64,000 nt of DNA, from positions 130,828-194,827 of the forward strand of contig CAYJIP010000001.1 of assembly GCA_964370265.1 (NCBI GenBank), written 5' to 3'. Shown here one piece after another: positions 1 through 9,144 of this stretch; the stretch's first letter is position 1, and each line of letters opens with the position of its first letter. The notes beneath the pieces were generated by a model. That model was not told the origin of the DNA, made no database searches, and worked only from the letters and a program-made list of their open reading frames with translations. Origin of the DNA: an uncultured Clostridium sp. (GTDB taxonomy: Bacteria; Bacillota; Clostridia; TANB77; CAG-508). Both the position numbers and the translations under genes were made by a program.

Positions 1-53
1 TAGAAGTAACTCTTGAAACAGATGATCTTGAAACAGATATTTCCAAGAAAAAG

Positions 54-674
54 ATGATTCATCAAATAAAAGAGTTGTTGCGCGAAAAAAATACAGATTT
101 AGCAGTTAAAATTATTTTAAGTATTTTAATTATTTTTTTATTAATAATTTTATTATTGCTTGCCACTAGAATTGGGATAACAGGAGTGTCCACAGAACAA
201 TATGGTTTTGAAGGAATACAAACACAGTTAATAGAAGTTAATGAAGATGATTTGGAAATTTCAAAAAATACAGAATTAAACATATTTAAAAATACTAAAT
301 ATGATGGAGAAGAAAAAATTGCACCTGGTTCATATGGTTCGTACGAATATACAATCAAAAATTTAGTAGAAGCTGATATAAAATATGATATGAATTTTGT
401 AGAAATATCAAATTTTGATGTTAATATGAAATATAGAATAAAAATGGATAATGTGTATATTAGAGGAGATAAAGATACATATATTGATGTTGAAGATTTG
501 GCTATAGAAGATATATTAGTTATTAAGGATTCTGTAACAGTATTTACAATTGAATGGTATTGGGATCATAGTGATATTCAAGATACGATAGTAGGAGAAA
601 GTAGTGCTGAAAGAATACAACACTATGTATTAAATATAGGGATTGAAGCAGAATATGCAAATACAAATTATTAA
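54..674 (+). CDS. Membrane-anchored/secreted beta-rich protein upstream of sipW (possible SipW substrate, TasA/camelysin-like?)
   Basis: 206-aa ORF with a hydrophobic N-terminal segment (ILSILIIFLLIILLLLA) and a beta-like body (IAPGSYGSYEYTIKN, FTIEWYWDH). Stop is 11 nt before the sipW start. The frame stays open back to window position 3, so the true start may lie upstream of the window. Confidence 0.4.
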   Translation: MIHQIKELLREKNTDLAVKIILSILIIFLLIILLLLATRIGITGVSTEQYGFEGIQTQLIEVNEDDLEISKNTELNIFKNTKYDGEEKIAPGSYGSYEYTIKNLVEADIKYDMNFVEISNFDVNMKYRIKMDNVYIRGDKDTYIDVEDLAIEDILVIKDSVTVFTIEWYWDHSDIQDTIVGESSAERIQHYVLNIGIEAEYANTNY

Positions 675-685
675 AAGGAGAAATA

Positions 686-1288
686 ATGTTATACACTAAT
701 GAAGCAATTTTTAAACGAAAGAAAAAACAAAATGAATTTAGAAAAAAGTTAAGTTTGTTGATTTATATAATATTAGTACCATTAATAATATATAATATTA
801 GTTTAATAGTGCAAGCTATAGTGAATCCACAAGAAACACCTAATTTCTTAGGATATAAGACATATGTAATAATATCTGGTAGTATGAAGCCGGAATTAGA
901 TATAGGTGATGTAGTTATAGTAAAAGAAACTGGAAATTTTGAAGTCGGTGATATAATTTCTTTTAGACAGGGCGAATCAGTAGTAACACATAGAATTTCG
1001 AATATAGAAGAAGTTGAAGGTCAAAAACAATATATAACAAAAGGAGACAACAATAATGCTGAAGACCAATCAGTGATTACAGAGCAATATATTGAGGGAG
1101 AAGTGATATTTAGTATACCTTATATTGGTAATTTAGTTGTAGGATTACAAAAAGGCGTTGTAGTAATAATTATATTACTATTCATATATATATATATGTT
1201 GTATTCAGGTAATATAAGAAAAAGAAAAATTGAACGAAATGTTAAAAGAATTGAGTTTGAAAATGAATATGAAAATATTTCAGAATAA
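686..1288 (+). CDS. sipW: Signal peptidase I, SipW (archaeal/ER) type
   Basis: 200 aa with an N-terminal TM. Motifs SGSMKPELDIGDVVIVKE, VVTHRI and ITKGDNNNAEDQ are typical of W-type signal peptidases. C-terminal TM; RBS aaggag upstream. Confidence 0.8.
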   Translation: MLYTNEAIFKRKKKQNEFRKKLSLLIYIILVPLIIYNISLIVQAIVNPQETPNFLGYKTYVIISGSMKPELDIGDVVIVKETGNFEVGDIISFRQGESVVTHRISNIEEVEGQKQYITKGDNNNAEDQSVITEQYIEGEVIFSIPYIGNLVVGLQKGVVVIIILLFIYIYMLYSGNIRKRKIERNVKRIEFENEYENISE

Positions 1289-1327
1289 AAGTAGTAAGCA
1301 AAATAATGAGGATAAGTAAAATAAAAA

Positions 1328-1367
1328 AGGAAGAAAGTTAAATTATTTTAACTTTCTTCCTTTTTTT
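1328..1367. terminator. Bidirectional intrinsic terminator between sipW and the convergent ORF
   Basis: Perfect 15-bp stem aggaagaaagttaaa / tttaactttcttcct with a 4-nt loop, an A-run before and a T-run after. The loop and right arm also encode the last codons (KKGRKLK*) of the minus-strand ORF. Confidence 0.75.
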
Positions 1368-2371
1368 ATTACTAATGGTGCAGCATCAAACACGATATTA
1401 AAACATTTAAAGTGTGTTGTTTTGTTTTCATCTAAATAATCTAGATATATATCTAATTCATCAGAGTCTTTACATGCAGTTATAATTGCTGGATGCAAAT
1501 TGTATGAAAACATTAATTCCATACCTAAGTCAAAAGCACTTAATAAAGGCATATTTTCTCTTCTTGCTAATTTAAAACTTTCTTTAAATCTTGCTAAAGG
1601 TGCATTTTTAAAGTGTGTTAGTTCTAAAACAAAGTGTTCTTCTAATACACTTTCCAAATCATCATAATTATCAGGTTGTTTATTATATAGTTCATTTAAT
1701 TCTGAAATTGTAAAAGGTAAGTAAACTTTTCCTTGTTTTTCAGAAATTAATAAAGTATTTTCTTCATAATTTTTAAAATTTTCCTGTTGTATTTTAGATG
1801 AAGATTTATTTTCATTAGAAGCTTTTTTTGTATTAGTATCAATACTACTAGTTGGTTTATTTGGTTTAATTGATTCTATTTTTGTATTATTAGATAGTTC
1901 TTTTTTTAATACTTCTTCATTTTGTTTTTCTTCTTGAAAATTAAAATGAGAGAATACAATTAAATCATTTAAACAATTTGTAATATCTGTAGAATTTTTA
2001 GTCACTTGATTCAATATGTTTAATGTATCTAAATTAGAAGAAGACATTAAATCATGGTAATTATCAATTGTGAACTCTAATTCCAATTTGTTATATTTTG
2101 TAATTAAGTCTTTTATTGTGGTAGTATTATCATTACAAAAATCTAATGAAGATTTAGCTTTTTCTAATATTGAAACAACTTTTTCTAATTCGGTTTGTTT
2201 TATTTCATTTTCTGAATCAACAAATTTTTGCATAATGTTTAGAAAAACATCTTTCTGTTTGTTTTGTGATTCTAAGACTGTATTTAAATAAATTTTTTGA
2301 ATATTAAATTGTTCTAAAAAATTATTAAAGTTATCTTGGTTATTATTATCATCTTTTGTTATAATTATCAT
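1343..2371 (-). CDS. Hypothetical protein: N/K/S-rich low-complexity N-terminal two-thirds, better-defined C-terminal domain
   Basis: 342-aa ORF with an aggag RBS (rc of ctcct at about 2381-2385). C-terminal ~130 aa (YLPFTISELNELY...HPAIITACKDSDELDIYLDYLD) is not recognised by me. Confidence 0.5.
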   Translation of the reverse strand: MIIITKDDNNNQDNFNNFLEQFNIQKIYLNTVLESQNKQKDVFLNIMQKFVDSENEIKQTELEKVVSILEKAKSSLDFCNDNTTTIKDLITKYNKLELEFTIDNYHDLMSSSNLDTLNILNQVTKNSTDITNCLNDLIVFSHFNFQEEKQNEEVLKKELSNNTKIESIKPNKPTSSIDTNTKKASNENKSSSKIQQENFKNYEENTLLISEKQGKVYLPFTISELNELYNKQPDNYDDLESVLEEHFVLELTHFKNAPLARFKESFKLARRENMPLLSAFDLGMELMFSYNLHPAIITACKDSDELDIYLDYLDENKTTHFKCFNIVFDAAPLVIKKGRKLK

Positions 2372-2529
2372 ATATTTATCACTCCTAGATAAGATTATAT
2401 ATTAAAATAAAATATATGTAAATATTATATAATAAAAAAAATAAAATAGATTAATAAAATTAAGAAAGTCTAAATTTGTAAAAATCTAGACTTGAAAAAT
2501 AAGTAAAAAGTAGAATATTTAAAATATAA

Positions 2530-2922
2530 TTATTGTTTTTTGATTTTAGGTTTAGATATTAAAGCGGCAATGTAACCAAAGAAGATCGCTGCGGAAATAC
2601 CAGCAGAAGCAGCTTTAACACCACCAGAAAAAGCACCAAGTAATCCGAATTCTTTAACACCTTCAATAGCACCTTTACTAAGATTATATCCAAAACCTGT
2701 GAGAGGTATTGTGGCACCACATCCAGCAAAATCTACAAGATGTTGATAAATACCTAATCCACCCAGTATAGCACCAGTTGTAACAAAAATTACTAATATT
2801 CTAGCAGATGTTAATTTGGTTTTATCGATTAATATTTGACCGATAATACAAAGAAGACCACCTACTAAAAAAGCCTTACCTAATGAATTGAAATTTAAAA
2901 TTTCACTCCAATTTAAATCCAT
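2530..2922 (-). CDS. spoVAE: Stage V sporulation protein AE (SpoVAEb-like)
   Basis: 130 aa. AFLVGGLLCIIGQILID, DFAGCGATIPLTGFG and SAGISAAIFFG closely parallel B. subtilis SpoVAEb. Last gene of a spoVAC-AD-AE array. Confidence 0.85.
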   Translation of the reverse strand: MDLNWSEILNFNSLGKAFLVGGLLCIIGQILIDKTKLTSARILVIFVTTGAILGGLGIYQHLVDFAGCGATIPLTGFGYNLSKGAIEGVKEFGLLGAFSGGVKAASAGISAAIFFGYIAALISKPKIKKQ

Positions 2923-2935
2923 ATATATTATCTCC

Positions 2936-3940
2936 TTAACTTATTTCTATGCTGACAGCATGAGCAATTCCTGGAATAGATTCACCTTGTTGAGTACTAG
3001 TTGAATTCATTAAAGCACCAGTTGCTATCAATAGTAATTTCTTAATATTTTTTTTCTTAAGTTCTTTAAATAGGTAACCTGAAAAAACTGTTCCGCAACA
3101 AGCACAACCACTTCCTCCACTATGGGTATCTTGAGTTTTTTTGTCAAAAATCATTACCCCACAATCGTTGTAATTTTTTGAAATATCATATCCAAGTTTC
3201 TTTGATAATTCAATTGAAATATCTTTTCCAATGTGACCAAGATCACCACTTATTATTTGATCATAGTATTCAGGTGTTCGCTCAGTATCTTTAAAATGTT
3301 GTATTAATGTATCAACAAAAGCTGGAGCCATAGCTGCTCCCATATTATTAGCATCTTTTATTCCCATATCAATTATTTTACCTGTAGTAATGTGTGTTAT
3401 ATATGGTCCACTCCCAGTTTTAGTTAAAATACCTGTTCCACTACCAGTGACAGTCCACTGACTACTTTGTGGGCGTTGAGTACCTAATTCCAGCGGAAAA
3501 CGAAATTGTTTTTCAGCACTACAAAAATGGCTTGATGTTCCGAAAAGTGTAGTGTTAGCTACACTTTCTGTAAAAACAGCTGCTAATGACATTGATTCAA
3601 CAAAAGTAGAGCAAGCTCCAAAAACTCCAAAAAAAGGTATATTTAGTTCTCTAAAACCAAAACTTGTAGATATACATTGGTTTAATAAATCCCCAGAGAA
3701 TAAGTATTCTATGTCTTTAGCTGGAATGCCTGATTTCTGAATTGAAATAAGTGCTGATTCTCTAATGATTTTACTTTCAGCTTTTTCCCAACTTGATTCA
3801 CCCCAAAATTCATCGTCAAGTCTTTTATCAAAATATTTAGCTAATGGTCCGTTAGATTCCTTTGGACCAACTATTGAAGCACACTCTAAGATTGTAGGTG
3901 GTGCATCAAATTTAATTGTGTGTAATCCTGTTTTTTTCAA
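2936..3940 (-). CDS. spoVAD: Stage V sporulation protein AD (SpoVAD)
   Basis: 334 aa with a thiolase/KAS-III-like layout typical of SpoVAD (SIVGPKE, FGACST, GGSGCACC). Sits between spoVAC and spoVAE. Confidence 0.85.
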   Translation of the reverse strand: MKKTGLHTIKFDAPPTILECASIVGPKESNGPLAKYFDKRLDDEFWGESSWEKAESKIIRESALISIQKSGIPAKDIEYLFSGDLLNQCISTSFGFRELNIPFFGVFGACSTFVESMSLAAVFTESVANTTLFGTSSHFCSAEKQFRFPLELGTQRPQSSQWTVTGSGTGILTKTGSGPYITHITTGKIIDMGIKDANNMGAAMAPAFVDTLIQHFKDTERTPEYYDQIISGDLGHIGKDISIELSKKLGYDISKNYNDCGVMIFDKKTQDTHSGGSGCACCGTVFSGYLFKELKKKNIKKLLLIATGALMNSTSTQQGESIPGIAHAVSIEIS

Positions 3941-4001
3941 AATAGCCTCCTTTTATAAAAGAATAGTGAATATTAGATAAATTTTAATTTAAATATATGG
4001 A

Positions 4002-4466
4002 TTAAACTAATACAACAGATTGAGTATTTATAATAAGATAAATAATTCCAATTATTATTGAAGTGGATATTCCAAATACTAAAACCGGTCCAGCAAGAGT
4101 AAACATTTTCCCTCCAACACCCATTATATATCCTTCTGATTTGTATTCCATTGCTGGTGATACAATTGAATTTGCAAAACCAGTTATAGGAACTAGAGAT
4201 CCAGCTCCTGCAAATTTACCTATTTTATTAAATAGGTTTAATCCAGTCAAAAATGTAACTATACCAATTAGAATGATTGATACTACTGAACTAGAAAGTG
4301 TGTTGTCTAAACCACGAGCTATACAAATATTAAAAAGTATTTGTCCAATAGTACAAATTAAGCCACCAACCCAAAAAGCATTAAAACAATTTTTAAGGAT
4401 TGGAGAATTTGGAGATTTTTGCTCAACAAATTCATTGTATGATTTTTGAGTTTCTAAAGGATTCAT
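4002..4466 (-). CDS. spoVAC: Stage V sporulation protein AC (SpoVAC)
   Basis: 154-aa polytopic membrane protein. AFWVGGLICTIGQ, GAGSLVPITGFANS and GPVLVFG are typical SpoVAC motifs. Confidence 0.85.
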   Translation of the reverse strand: MNPLETQKSYNEFVEQKSPNSPILKNCFNAFWVGGLICTIGQILFNICIARGLDNTLSSSVVSIILIGIVTFLTGLNLFNKIGKFAGAGSLVPITGFANSIVSPAMEYKSEGYIMGVGGKMFTLAGPVLVFGISTSIIIGIIYLIINTQSVVLV

Positions 4467-4475
4467 ATTTACCTC

Positions 4476-4694
4476 CTATTGTGTATTTCTATTTGGATCA
4501 ATTATGAAACAAATATCTAAATCTACGTAATAGTCAGAAATTCTGGTTCCATCTATAGATGCTCGTTGTTCTAAAATTTTAACTTCACTTATATAATCTA
4601 TTGTTTTTGACGTTTCTTCTATTGTTTTAACAATTGCATCTTTCCAAGAAATCGTTGAATGTCCTGTTAATGTTAAATGTTTTTTTATTTCCAT
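4476..4694 (-). CDS. Dodecin-family small protein (putative flavin-binding), first gene of the spoVA transcription unit
   Basis: 72 aa. KKHLTLTGHSTISWKDAIVKTIEETSKTIDYISEVKILEQRASI aligns by eye with archaeal/bacterial dodecins (K.V.L.G.S..S...A...A...A.KT....). Gap to spoVAC is 9 nt; RBS ggaggt. Confidence 0.6.
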   Translation of the reverse strand: MEIKKHLTLTGHSTISWKDAIVKTIEETSKTIDYISEVKILEQRASIDGTRISDYYVDLDICFIIDPNRNTQ

Positions 4695-4722
4695 AAATAC
4701 CTCCTAAATATCTTTAAAAATA

Positions 4723-4750
4723 TATTTTGCAAAAAAAAGGTAAAATATAC
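4723..4750 (-). promoter_or_regulatory. Candidate forespore (sigma-G/F-like) promoter of the dodecin-spoVA operon
   Basis: On the minus strand: GTATA, 16 nt, CAAAATA, about 28 nt upstream of the dodecin ATG. Resembles the sigma-G pattern (GnATA ... CATnnTA) only loosely. Confidence 0.25.
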
Positions 4751-4861
4751 GAAAAAGATGGAAAAAAAATAAATTAAATTATATAATTAGAAAAAAGTAA
4801 GTTTGATATTAGATATTAATATTAAGAGAGTATAGATATATATTAATAATAGGAGTGTAAA

Positions 4862-6205
4862 ATGGATAAAGTAAGAGAAGTAGCTTTAAAGGCTTTATAT
4901 AAAATTGATAAAGAATGTGCGTATTCAAATATTGCATTAAATGAAATTATTAAAGAAAATAGAAAAAGTTTAAATGAAAAAGATATAGGGTTTATATCTG
5001 AGATAGTTTATGGAACAGTGACTTGGAAATTGTCAATAGACAGCATTATTAGAAAATTTTCAAGCATAAGATTAAAAAAAATATCACCATGGATAATAAA
5101 TATTTTAAGAATGGGTGTGTATCAAATTGTATTTTTAGATAAAATTCCTAAATCTGCAGCCGTTAATGAAAGTGTGAATTTAGCTAAAAGATATGGTCAT
5201 AAATCAAGTAGTAATTTTGTTAATGCTATTTTGAGAAAAATAGAAAAAAGTGATTATGAAGAATTTTCTAGAATTGAAAATTCTTGTGAAAGACTCTCTA
5301 AAATGTATTCAATGCCAGAATGGATTGTGGAAAAGCTATTAGACGAAAACGAGGTAAAAGAAGTAGAAGAAATCTGTAAAAGTTCTAATTTAAGGCCAAA
5401 AATATCTATACGAATAAATAAATTAAAAACAAATAAAAAAGAATTAACAGCTAAGTTGACCGAAAAAGATATTATCGTAGAGGAAGGATTAGTAGAAGAT
5501 TTTTTAATTGTTAGTAAAATGAAAAATATAGAAAATTTAAGAGAATTTAAAGAGGGATTATTTACTATTCAAGATGAAGCTGCAGGTGTAATACCTATGG
5601 TGTTAGAACCTAAAGAAAATGAATATATTTTAGATGCATGCAGCGCACCTGGTGGGAAAACTACTTTTTTAGCAGAAATGATGAATAATAATGGGAAAAT
5701 TGATGCGTTTGACATACATGAACATAGATTAAAACTTATAAATGAAACTGCAGAAAGATTAGGAATAAACATAATTAAAACTAAACAACAAGATGGAATG
5801 ATATATGAAGAAGAGTATTGTCAAAGATATGATAAAATTCTATTAGATGTTCCTTGTTTAGGTCTAGGGGTATTAAGAAGAAAACCAGATATTAAGTGGC
5901 AAAAAAATAAAGAGGATATTAATGAAATTGTCGAAATTCAATATAAAATTTTGGAAAATTGTAGTAAATATTTAAAAAATGGAGGAAGTTTAGTATATTC
6001 TACATGCAGTATTATTGATGAAGAAAATGTCGGTGTTATTAACAAATTTTTAAAAAATAATCCTGAATTTTTAATTGAAGAAATAAATATGGAAAAAATT
6101 AAATATTTCGAAAAATTCAAACATTATAATAAATATATAAAAGTTGTGCAAAATAATAATACAGATGGATTTTTTATTGTAAAAATAAAGAAGATAGAAT
6201 CATAA
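4862..6205 (+). CDS. rsmB: 16S rRNA (cytosine967-C5)-methyltransferase RsmB/Sun
   Basis: 447 aa with an N-terminal NusB-like domain. SAM-MTase motifs DACSAPGGKT, PCLGLGVLRRKPDIKW and YSTCSI. Confidence 0.9.
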   Translation: MDKVREVALKALYKIDKECAYSNIALNEIIKENRKSLNEKDIGFISEIVYGTVTWKLSIDSIIRKFSSIRLKKISPWIINILRMGVYQIVFLDKIPKSAAVNESVNLAKRYGHKSSSNFVNAILRKIEKSDYEEFSRIENSCERLSKMYSMPEWIVEKLLDENEVKEVEEICKSSNLRPKISIRINKLKTNKKELTAKLTEKDIIVEEGLVEDFLIVSKMKNIENLREFKEGLFTIQDEAAGVIPMVLEPKENEYILDACSAPGGKTTFLAEMMNNNGKIDAFDIHEHRLKLINETAERLGINIIKTKQQDGMIYEEEYCQRYDKILLDVPCLGLGVLRRKPDIKWQKNKEDINEIVEIQYKILENCSKYLKNGGSLVYSTCSIIDEENVGVINKFLKNNPEFLIEEINMEKIKYFEKFKHYNKYIKVVQNNNTDGFFIVKIKKIES

Positions 6206-6268
6206 AACGACAAGAAAAAACAAATGTTACAATAATATTACAAATGTATTACATTTTAGTTAAATGCG

Positions 6269-6296
6269 TTGACTTTTAAATTGTTTAATATATAAT
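6269..6296 (+). promoter_or_regulatory. Sigma-A-type promoter for the pilus locus
   Basis: TTGACT (6269-6274), 16 nt, TATAAT (6291-6296), about 100 nt upstream of the pilM/N start. Confidence 0.5.
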
Positions 6297-6397
6297 AATT
6301 AATGTTAGAAACAATGATGAAAAATAAAAAACTGTCATGAATTTTTTTTGAGATAATGAGTAAAATAAAATAAAATAATAGAGAAGAAGGAGAAAAA

Positions 6398-8011
6398 ATG
6401 GCGAAATATTTAGGACTCTATATAGAAGATAATTTAATTAAATATGCTAAAGTTTCAAAAGAGCAAACAACAATAAAAGTTGAGTCATTTGGTGTTAAAA
6501 CTTATGAGAATCTAAAAAGTGCTATAGATCAGATAGTACAAGAGACATATAGTCAAAAAATTCCAATAAGTATGAATTTAACAACAGAAGATTACAATTA
6601 TTTTGATATGTCTAATTTGTTAACAAAACAATATTTAGATAAAGCAATAAATATGGAATTTTCTTATATATGTAACGAAAAAAATATAAATGCAAATGCT
6701 TTTGAAGCAAGATATGCTGTTGTTGAAAATGAAATAGATAAAGAAAAATTTAGAGTAATACATGTTACAGAAAATAAAAATAGATTAAACAAACATATAC
6801 AACAATTAGCAGAATATTCTGTGAGAACAGTTACAAGTTTGCCAATAACACTTTCTAATTTAATAAATTTAGAAAATCAAGAAAATTTCATGGTTGTAAA
6901 TGTAGAAGGAAAAACGACAATAACTACCGTATATAACAATAATATATATGATGTTATAAAACTAGAAGAAGGTAGTCAACAATTTTTAGATGATATAAAT
7001 ATAGAAGAAAATTCTATGTCCAAAGCATACGAAATTGCAAAAAACACTACAATTTATACTTCTAAAGGAACAGAATTACAAGAGTTTGAAACACAATATT
7101 TAGAAAAAATAATGCCAGTATTATATAATATAGTTGGAAAGGTTAAAAAAGAGATAAACAACTCTATTTTACCAATTAAAAAAGTATATATAACGGGAAC
7201 AGCAGCATTAATAAATAATGTTGATTTATATTTTCAAGAATATTTACCAGAAGTTAATTGTGAAATAATAGTACCACACTTTATTCCAAATAATCCAAAT
7301 ATTAATATAAAAGATTATATTGAAGTTAACTCAGCTATTTCTTTAGCCTTAGCAGGACTTGGTGAAGGTGTTCAAGGTATGAATTTCAAAAAAGTAAAAT
7401 TTGGAGAAAAAATACCTTCTATAGGGAAAAAGCAAACTAAAGGTGAATCTAAGAGTAAACCAGCGTTTATGAATTCTCGATTCTTTGATTTAGGAGAAAA
7501 ATTTGATGCAACGGAAAGATGGTTAGCTAGAACAGCGTTAGGTATGTTTATATGTGTTTCTATTTTTTCAGGAATATCAGCATATTTAAATATTGAAATT
7601 GTAAAAAAAGACGAAGAAATACAAACATTGATAGATGACACTGAAAGTCAAATTGCAAAAATAAATACAGACAATTCTCAAATACAAGAAAAGACAGCAG
7701 AATACACTAGTCTTATAAAAAATATAGAAGATGCTAATAATAAAATTGATGAAATTAATAAAGTTAAAAATGCTATACCAAATTTATTAAATCAAATAAT
7801 GGTAATTATACCACAAAATGTTCAGTTACTATCAGTTGAAAATACTTCAGGAGATAAAATTGTTATAGAAGCACAAGCTGAGAAATATGAACAATTAGGA
7901 TTCTTTATAGCAGAAATAAAAACAGATGGAATATTAGGAAATGTAATCTCAACATCGGGTCAAAAAGAAGGCGGAGTTGTTACTATTAGGATTGAAGGTG
8001 AATTACTATGA
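6398..8011 (+). CDS. pilM: Type IV pilus assembly protein, PilM (actin-like ATPase fold) fused to a PilN-like TM/coiled-coil module
   Basis: 537 aa. N-terminal ~330 aa has a PilM-like layout. Then a TM helix (ALGMFICVSIFSGISAYL) and a coiled-coil/alpha-beta C-terminus as in PilN. Overlaps the next ORF by 4 nt (ATGA). Confidence 0.6.
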   Translation: MAKYLGLYIEDNLIKYAKVSKEQTTIKVESFGVKTYENLKSAIDQIVQETYSQKIPISMNLTTEDYNYFDMSNLLTKQYLDKAINMEFSYICNEKNINANAFEARYAVVENEIDKEKFRVIHVTENKNRLNKHIQQLAEYSVRTVTSLPITLSNLINLENQENFMVVNVEGKTTITTVYNNNIYDVIKLEEGSQQFLDDINIEENSMSKAYEIAKNTTIYTSKGTELQEFETQYLEKIMPVLYNIVGKVKKEINNSILPIKKVYITGTAALINNVDLYFQEYLPEVNCEIIVPHFIPNNPNINIKDYIEVNSAISLALAGLGEGVQGMNFKKVKFGEKIPSIGKKQTKGESKSKPAFMNSRFFDLGEKFDATERWLARTALGMFICVSIFSGISAYLNIEIVKKDEEIQTLIDDTESQIAKINTDNSQIQEKTAEYTSLIKNIEDANNKIDEINKVKNAIPNLLNQIMVIIPQNVQLLSVENTSGDKIVIEAQAEKYEQLGFFIAEIKTDGILGNVISTSGQKEGGVVTIRIEGELL

Positions 8012-8658
8012 AAAAAATATTAATAATTATTTTAATTGTATTACTTGTAGCGCTATTAGTATTTATAGGTCTTAATGGATTAACTATAGGTCAATTTCAG
8101 ATACTAGGTGTTAAACAAATTCAAGAAAAAAATTTAGAATTAGATAATAAAATAGAGGAATCTGTAAAGTTAATACAAACAGATTACAAACAACAAGAAA
8201 CAGTGTTAAATGCAAGCATAAAACAGTTAGAAGTTGAAAAAAAAGAATATGATCAATTAGTACAGTTAGCGACAACAGAAAATGGCGTTTTGACAGGTGT
8301 GTTGGAAGAGTATGAATATGAAACTATTTTGATAAGAATAGGTAGTTATTCTACAATGGAAGATACTATAATACAATGGGATCTTGTGAAAGCTAACTCG
8401 ATAATTGAGGATTATTATAATATAAACTTTACATTAACAGGAAGTTATATTTCAATAATTGATTTCTTATCTAAAATAGAAAATGATGATATTTTAGGGT
8501 TTAGAATTGAAAACTTTGCTTTAACAACATCAGCGAGTGTAGAAGGAGCTTTACAAGCGACATTTACTTGCTCAGAAATCGTTATCAAAGGTGTCTCAGC
8601 AGAAAGTTCAAGTGCAGTAAATCAAGACACTAGTGAAACAGAAAATGTTGAAGAATAG
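8008..8658 (+). CDS. PilO-like bitopic pilus biogenesis protein
   Basis: 216 aa with an N-terminal TM (ILIIILIVLLVALLVFIGL), a coiled coil, then an alpha/beta C-terminal part. Position is directly after pilM/N. Confidence 0.45.
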   Translation: MKKILIIILIVLLVALLVFIGLNGLTIGQFQILGVKQIQEKNLELDNKIEESVKLIQTDYKQQETVLNASIKQLEVEKKEYDQLVQLATTENGVLTGVLEEYEYETILIRIGSYSTMEDTIIQWDLVKANSIIEDYYNINFTLTGSYISIIDFLSKIENDDILGFRIENFALTTSASVEGALQATFTCSEIVIKGVSAESSSAVNQDTSETENVEE

Positions 8659-8667
8659 GAGGAAGAT

Positions 8668-9072
8668 ATGATTAAAACAATAATAAAAGAATTATTTATA
8701 TTTATATTATTATTAATTGCTATAGGATTAATATTAAGTGTAATATTTTATGAGTATATTCCTACTAATAAAACGTTACCAGAAAAAGTTTCGTATACAA
8801 CATCTGAAGATGTAAAAGCACAATTAGAAAATGTAACAGTTGATACAGAAGAAATTGTTATGACACACACAATTAATTCGTCAGATTTAACATCATATAT
8901 AAATGTATCAGGATACACTCCTGGTAAAGTGAATCCATTTTCGTCATATGTGACAGAAGATGAACCATCTGGTGATGGAGGTAGTACTTCAACAGGAGGT
9001 TCTAGCTCTGGAAGTTCTAGTTCTGGTTCTAGCTCTGGTGGTCAATATTTTGACGATGAAGGAACAAAATAA
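8668..9072 (+). CDS. Bitopic membrane protein with a Ser/Gly-rich C-terminal tail (pilus-locus associated, function unknown)
   Basis: 134 aa with an N-terminal TM (LFIFILLLIAIGLILSVIF), a C-terminal GDGGSTSTGGSSSGSSSSGSSSGG tract and RBS ggagga. Confidence 0.45.
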   Translation: MIKTIIKELFIFILLLIAIGLILSVIFYEYIPTNKTLPEKVSYTTSEDVKAQLENVTVDTEEIVMTHTINSSDLTSYINVSGYTPGKVNPFSSYVTEDEPSGDGGSTSTGGSSSGSSSSGSSSGGQYFDDEGTK

Positions 9073-9144
9073 TAGTTATTTACGTTATATTTATTTAATA
9101 AATATAGGTATATATAAATTTCAAAAGAAAAGGAGGAAAAACAC

